Program-made: the position numbers and the translations under genes
Shown: one piece after another, positions 60,824-64,000 of the stretch
How positions within the stretch are numbered: position 1 is the first letter of the stretch
Layout of the letters: each line of letters opens with the position of its first letter
The notes under the pieces: model-generated
Databases searched by the model: none
What the model saw: only the letters and a program-made list of their open reading frames with translations
Told to the model about the DNA's origin: nothing
NCBI GenBank assembly: GCA_012838745.1
Contig: DUOS01000128.1
Span: 124-64,123, forward strand
Length of the DNA: 64,000 nucleotides
Source: Treponema sp.
GTDB lineage: Bacteria; Spirochaetota; Spirochaetia; Treponematales; Treponemataceae
Reading direction: 5' to 3'

Positions 60824-61381
60824 TTAAACTTTTTCTACCTGAAGCAAATCAACTTCTACCGGCGTTGCACGGCCAAATATTCCGACCATTACTTTTAATT
60901 TACCACGCTCAAGATTTACTTCTTCGATAGTCCCCGTAAACGAATCAAACGGACCGTCTATAATCTTAACCGATTCTCCTATAGCAAACGATTGCTTTAC
61001 GCGAGGAGCTTTTTCGCCCTTGATCTCACCAGCCTTCTGCAAGATAGACCGTGCTTCTTCAGCACTAATTGGCTGTGGGCGCACACCACCGGGAGTACCA
61101 ACAAAACCAGTTACTCCCTGAACCTTCCTTATTGCAGAACAAGTAGCCTTCCATCCGAGGTCGGGTAAATCCATTTCAATTAGAATATAACCGGGGAGAA
61201 ACTTCTTAGTAACGGTTCTTTTTTTTCCGTCTCTAACTTCTACAACCTCTTCTACAGGAACTTTTAAATCGAGAACAATATCGGAAGAAATATCTCCGTG
61301 TTTCATAATTGAGCGTATTGTTTTTTCAATCTTGTTCTCATACCCAGAATAGGTATGAAGAATATACCAACCTTTTGCCAT
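60824..61381 (-). CDS. nusG: Transcription termination/antitermination factor NusG
   Basis: WYILHTYSGYENKI, FPGYILIEM, and a KOW motif near the C-terminus. Confidence 0.95.
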   Translation of the reverse strand: MAKGWYILHTYSGYENKIEKTIRSIMKHGDISSDIVLDLKVPVEEVVEVRDGKKRTVTKKFLPGYILIEMDLPDLGWKATCSAIRKVQGVTGFVGTPGGVRPQPISAEEARSILQKAGEIKGEKAPRVKQSFAIGESVKIIDGPFDSFTGTIEEVNLERGKLKVMVGIFGRATPVEVDLLQVEKV

Positions 61382-61390
61382 TATATATGC

Positions 61391-61570
61391 CTAAAAAACA
61401 AGGTTTACACCTGCCATGAGCGCAGCATCTAGAAAACCCAAAAGAGCAGCGATGATAGCCGTAGAGATCACAACTACCTTGACGGATGAAATTACTTCTT
61501 CACGAGTAGGCCAGACAACCTTACGAAGCTCTGCAACACACTCTTTCCCAAACTGGACGATTTTCGCCAT
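61391..61570 (-). CDS. secE: Preprotein translocase subunit SecE (59 aa)
   Basis: Own translation: MAKIVQFGKECVAELRKVVWPTREEVISSVKVVVISTAIIAALLGFLDAALMAGVNLVF*. It is below the ORF-track size cutoff; the listed plus-strand ORF 61416-61643 is antisense to it. Confidence 0.85.
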   Translation of the reverse strand: MAKIVQFGKECVAELRKVVWPTREEVISSVKVVVISTAIIAALLGFLDAALMAGVNLVF

Positions 61571-61672
61571 ACCAGTCCACCTATTATTTATATTTTATTT
61601 GCGCAAGCCTGTGAAAACGCAGGAACGACAGGCTTACCGGTAAATACCGCACGCGCGATACGCCGGCTAGTA

Positions 61673-61745
61673 CAGGCCAGGCAGGACTCGAACCCGCAAC
61701 ATTCGGTTTTGGAGACCGACGCTCTACCATTAGAGCTACTGACCT
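61673..61745 (-). tRNA. trnW: tRNA-Trp (anticodon CCA)
   Basis: Hand-folded 73-nt cloverleaf: AGGTCAG/TA/GCTC-TAATGGTA-GAGC/G/TCGGT-CTCCAAA-ACCGA/ATGTT/GCGGG-TTCGAGT-CCTGC/CTGGCCT/G. Confidence 0.85.
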
Positions 61746-61825
61746 AAGAAACCTAGAAAACCTTAACAAAGCTCTCTAGGATTCCTCAGGAGACCCTGCT
61801 ACGCAGAACCTCCTTACAGAAACAA

Positions 61826-61996
61826 CTACTTAACTTTTGTTTCTTTATGCAATGTATGCTTGCGATCAAACGGACAGTACTTACTTAACTCAAGCTTGGC
61901 CTGGGTATTCTTACGATTCTTCGTAGTTGTATAGTTTTTACGTTTGCATTCCGAGCATTGCATTGCGATAATGTCTACAGCTGACTTTTTAGCCAT
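61826..61996 (-). CDS. rpmG: 50S ribosomal protein L33
   Basis: Own translation: [56 protein letters not shown]. Confidence 0.9.
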   Translation of the reverse strand: MAKKSAVDIIAMQCSECKRKNYTTTKNRKNTQAKLELSKYCPFDRKHTLHKETKVK

Positions 61997-62034
61997 TATA
62001 TTCCCCTTGTTTACAGAAAAAAATCAAAATGAAC

Positions 62035-62107
62035 AGCTCCCGAGCGGAATCGAACCGCTGACCTCAACCTTACCATGGTTGCGCTCTGCCGACTGAGCTA
62101 CAGGAGC
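62035..62107 (-). tRNA. trnT: tRNA-Thr (anticodon GGT)
   Basis: Hand-folded 73-nt cloverleaf: GCTCCTG/TA/GCTC-AGTCGGCA-GAGC/G/CAACC-ATGGTAA-GGTTG/AGGTC/AGCGG-TTCGATT-CCGCT/CGGGAGC/T. Confidence 0.85.
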
Positions 62108-62245
62108 ATTACAAAAAAACGCATCAAAGCGGCAAAGATGCTTGGCCAACTTACCAAAGCGCACCATATTTGTCAAGCGATTACTACAGATATCGATAAA
62201 ATTGCCGGGATAGGCAAGAGACTCGTATCCTATTATAGTTATACC

Positions 62246-63145
62246 ATGAAATGGGCATTAATACTATCAGGCGGCGGCTCACGCGGCCTTGCACACATTG
62301 GAGTGCTTGAAGCACTTGAAGAACTAAACGTACCGAAACCATCACTCATTGTTGGCTGCTCTATGGGAGCTGTTATTGGTGGGTTATATGCAGCCGGTGT
62401 CGCAACAGCCGAAATGCGTGATTTCCTTTCGCACTCATTCGATGTATCAACTATGATGGGCGACGCAGAGAACCCCCTCTTCTTAGGACCCTTTGGTAAA
62501 GCAGTACAAATAGGCCGAGGAATAATTAATATTTTTTCTGCAGACGGCATGGATCCCGGCAATAAAATGAGAGAACTCATTGCAACTAAAACTGACAATG
62601 CCCAAATGGGGCACACAGCAATTCCTTTCTTGTGCAACGCAACTGATTTGATCTCAGGGAAAGAAGTTTTACTGGATAGCGGCCCGCTTGCAGATGCAGT
62701 TCGAGCCTCCGCCTCCTTCCCCGGAGTGTTTTCTCCCGTAGCACGAGACAATAAACTACTCGTAGACGGATATTTAAGCCACAACACCCCCGTTTGGATC
62801 GCGCGCAAAAAGGGCTTTCACAATGTTTTGGCAGTATATTTGGATGATTTCTCAACATTCCCCCCTGAACGGAGAAAATCGTCTGTTGATATTTTATTAC
62901 GCGGAGTGGACTGTGCAGTACGAGCAAAAGGAATTCGAACCATCGATATTCCCACCACAAGCATCACAGCGGATAACGATTTAGCGCCATTTAACTTTGA
63001 TAACCCGAAGTTACAAATGGATTTTGGTTATTCAGAAACAATGGAAAATAAAAAAAATCTACAAAAGTTTTTCTCCCAAGGAATTACTGGAAACAGCCAG
63101 CGCAAGGCCCTTGCAAAGAAAGAACGAAAAAGGAGTAAGGCGTGA
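62246..63145 (+). CDS. Patatin-like phospholipase family protein
   Basis: Oxyanion GGGSRG, nucleophile GCSMG (GxSxG) and catalytic Asp motif VDGY. The start is moved to ATG 62246 because the longer ORF overlaps tRNA-Thr. Confidence 0.8.
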   Translation: MKWALILSGGGSRGLAHIGVLEALEELNVPKPSLIVGCSMGAVIGGLYAAGVATAEMRDFLSHSFDVSTMMGDAENPLFLGPFGKAVQIGRGIINIFSADGMDPGNKMRELIATKTDNAQMGHTAIPFLCNATDLISGKEVLLDSGPLADAVRASASFPGVFSPVARDNKLLVDGYLSHNTPVWIARKKGFHNVLAVYLDDFSTFPPERRKSSVDILLRGVDCAVRAKGIRTIDIPTTSITADNDLAPFNFDNPKLQMDFGYSETMENKKNLQKFFSQGITGNSQRKALAKKERKRSKA

Positions 63146-63999
63146 GCAGTCTCGACGAACGAATAAACAAGGTATTAGAAAGCTATTCTAACCATGGCGG
63201 AATAAACCTATCAGACACACAAAATTTTCCCAATCGGGAAAAAGTTCTTTCCGTATTAACAGACATTGAAAACGTAATATTCCCTGGTATCCGCGAAGAT
63301 TTTGTCCTCGATACGGATACCTTACGTTTTGTGACGGGAGAACGAATCCATCGAATAGTACGAAATTTGACGAACGAAGTACTCAAAGCTATCAAATATA
63401 TATGCACTAAAGAAAAACGTGACGGAACTGGCTGCTATAAATACTCAGAACAGCTCGTCCTCATGCTCATAGATGAAATTCCCGAACTCAGAAGACTTTC
63501 TTGTACCGACGCCCAGGCAGCCCTCGAAGGAGACCCCGCGGCACGGAGCGCGGAAGAAGTAATACTCTCCTACCCCGGAGTTGAAGCTCTCATGGTTCAT
63601 CGGGTTGCACATTTTTTGTACACCAAAGGAGTTCCTATAATTCCCCGCATCATGAGTGAATATGTTCACGGTAGAACCGGCATAGACATACACCCGGGAG
63701 CAAAAATTGGTGAAGAATGCTTTATAGACCATGGAACCGGCGTAGTTATTGGCGAAACGTGCGAAATTGGGCGTCATGTAAAGATTTATCAAGGAGTAAC
63801 GCTCGGCGCACTCAGCGTAAAAAAATCTCTAGCAGATAGCAAACGTCATCCTACAATAGAAGATAATGTAACGATTTATGCAGGAGCAACAATTTTAGGT
63901 GGAGACACCGTAATTGGCAAAGACAGCACAATCGGTGGAAACATGTGGATTACCAAATCCGTTGCACCAAACAGCAAAGTGTATAACTGCGTTACATGA
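63142..63999 (+). CDS. cysE: Serine O-acetyltransferase (long form)
   Basis: Left-handed beta-helix hexapeptide repeats: [41 protein letters not shown]...[19 protein letters not shown] start overlaps the patatin stop. Confidence 0.8.
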   Translation: MSSLDERINKVLESYSNHGGINLSDTQNFPNREKVLSVLTDIENVIFPGIREDFVLDTDTLRFVTGERIHRIVRNLTNEVLKAIKYICTKEKRDGTGCYKYSEQLVLMLIDEIPELRRLSCTDAQAALEGDPAARSAEEVILSYPGVEALMVHRVAHFLYTKGVPIIPRIMSEYVHGRTGIDIHPGAKIGEECFIDHGTGVVIGETCEIGRHVKIYQGVTLGALSVKKSLADSKRHPTIEDNVTIYAGATILGGDTVIGKDSTIGGNMWITKSVAPNSKVYNCVT

Positions 64000-64000
64000 G

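Noticed and set aside
61416-61769. ORFs 61416-61643 (+) and 61584-61769 (-)
   Set aside because: The first is antisense to a clean secE reading frame. The second overlaps tRNA-Trp.
62075-62245. N-terminal 57 codons of the 356-aa ORF (patatin)
   Set aside because: The extension runs through tRNA-Thr on the opposite strand. The conserved patatin N-terminus ([14 protein letters not shown]) starts at 62246.
62239-62960. Minus-strand ORFs of 189 and 124 aa
   Set aside because: They are antisense to the patatin-like gene, which carries the GxSxG and DG catalytic motifs.

Overview
Moderate-GC bacterial chromosome segment. Gene content and order look spirochaete-like (Treponema-like), but that is a guess from memory and is not verified. 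(1) Positions 33.8-62.1 kb form one uninterrupted minus-strand translation/transcription cluster: tRNA-Thr, rpmG, tRNA-Trp, secE, nusG, rplK-rplA-rplJ-rplL, rpoB-rpoC, rpsL-rpsG, tuf, then the S10-spc-alpha ribosomal operons ending in rplQ and a small zinc-ribbon ORF. fusA, adk, map and infA are absent from their canonical places. (2) Positions 13-33.7 kb hold housekeeping and carbohydrate genes: DUF2141 protein, GH1 beta-glucosidase, a 47-bp tandem-repeat array, an 872-aa TPR/zinc-ribbon protein, aat-clpA-clpS, xth, rhomboid, prfA, a GH5 cellulase wedged between prfA and prmC, a rel homologue, a CBS/ACT protein and a livJHMGF-type transporter. (3) Positions 0.4-12.6 kb are the accessory part. 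An 11-gene, tightly overlapping, PadR-headed minus-strand operon encodes an envelope-spanning set: a MacB/LolCDE-type ABC transporter with two FtsX permeases, a LolA-like protein, two outer-membrane beta-barrels, a NapH-like polyferredoxin and helical-repeat proteins. A decayed hicAB module sits next to it. The whole block is bracketed by ~180-bp direct repeats that duplicate the junction of the two flanking genes, which is an insertion footprint. This operon is my best candidate for an undescribed system. I found no CRISPR array, rRNA gene, integrase or transposase. All family assignments come from motif recognition by eye, and no searches were run.
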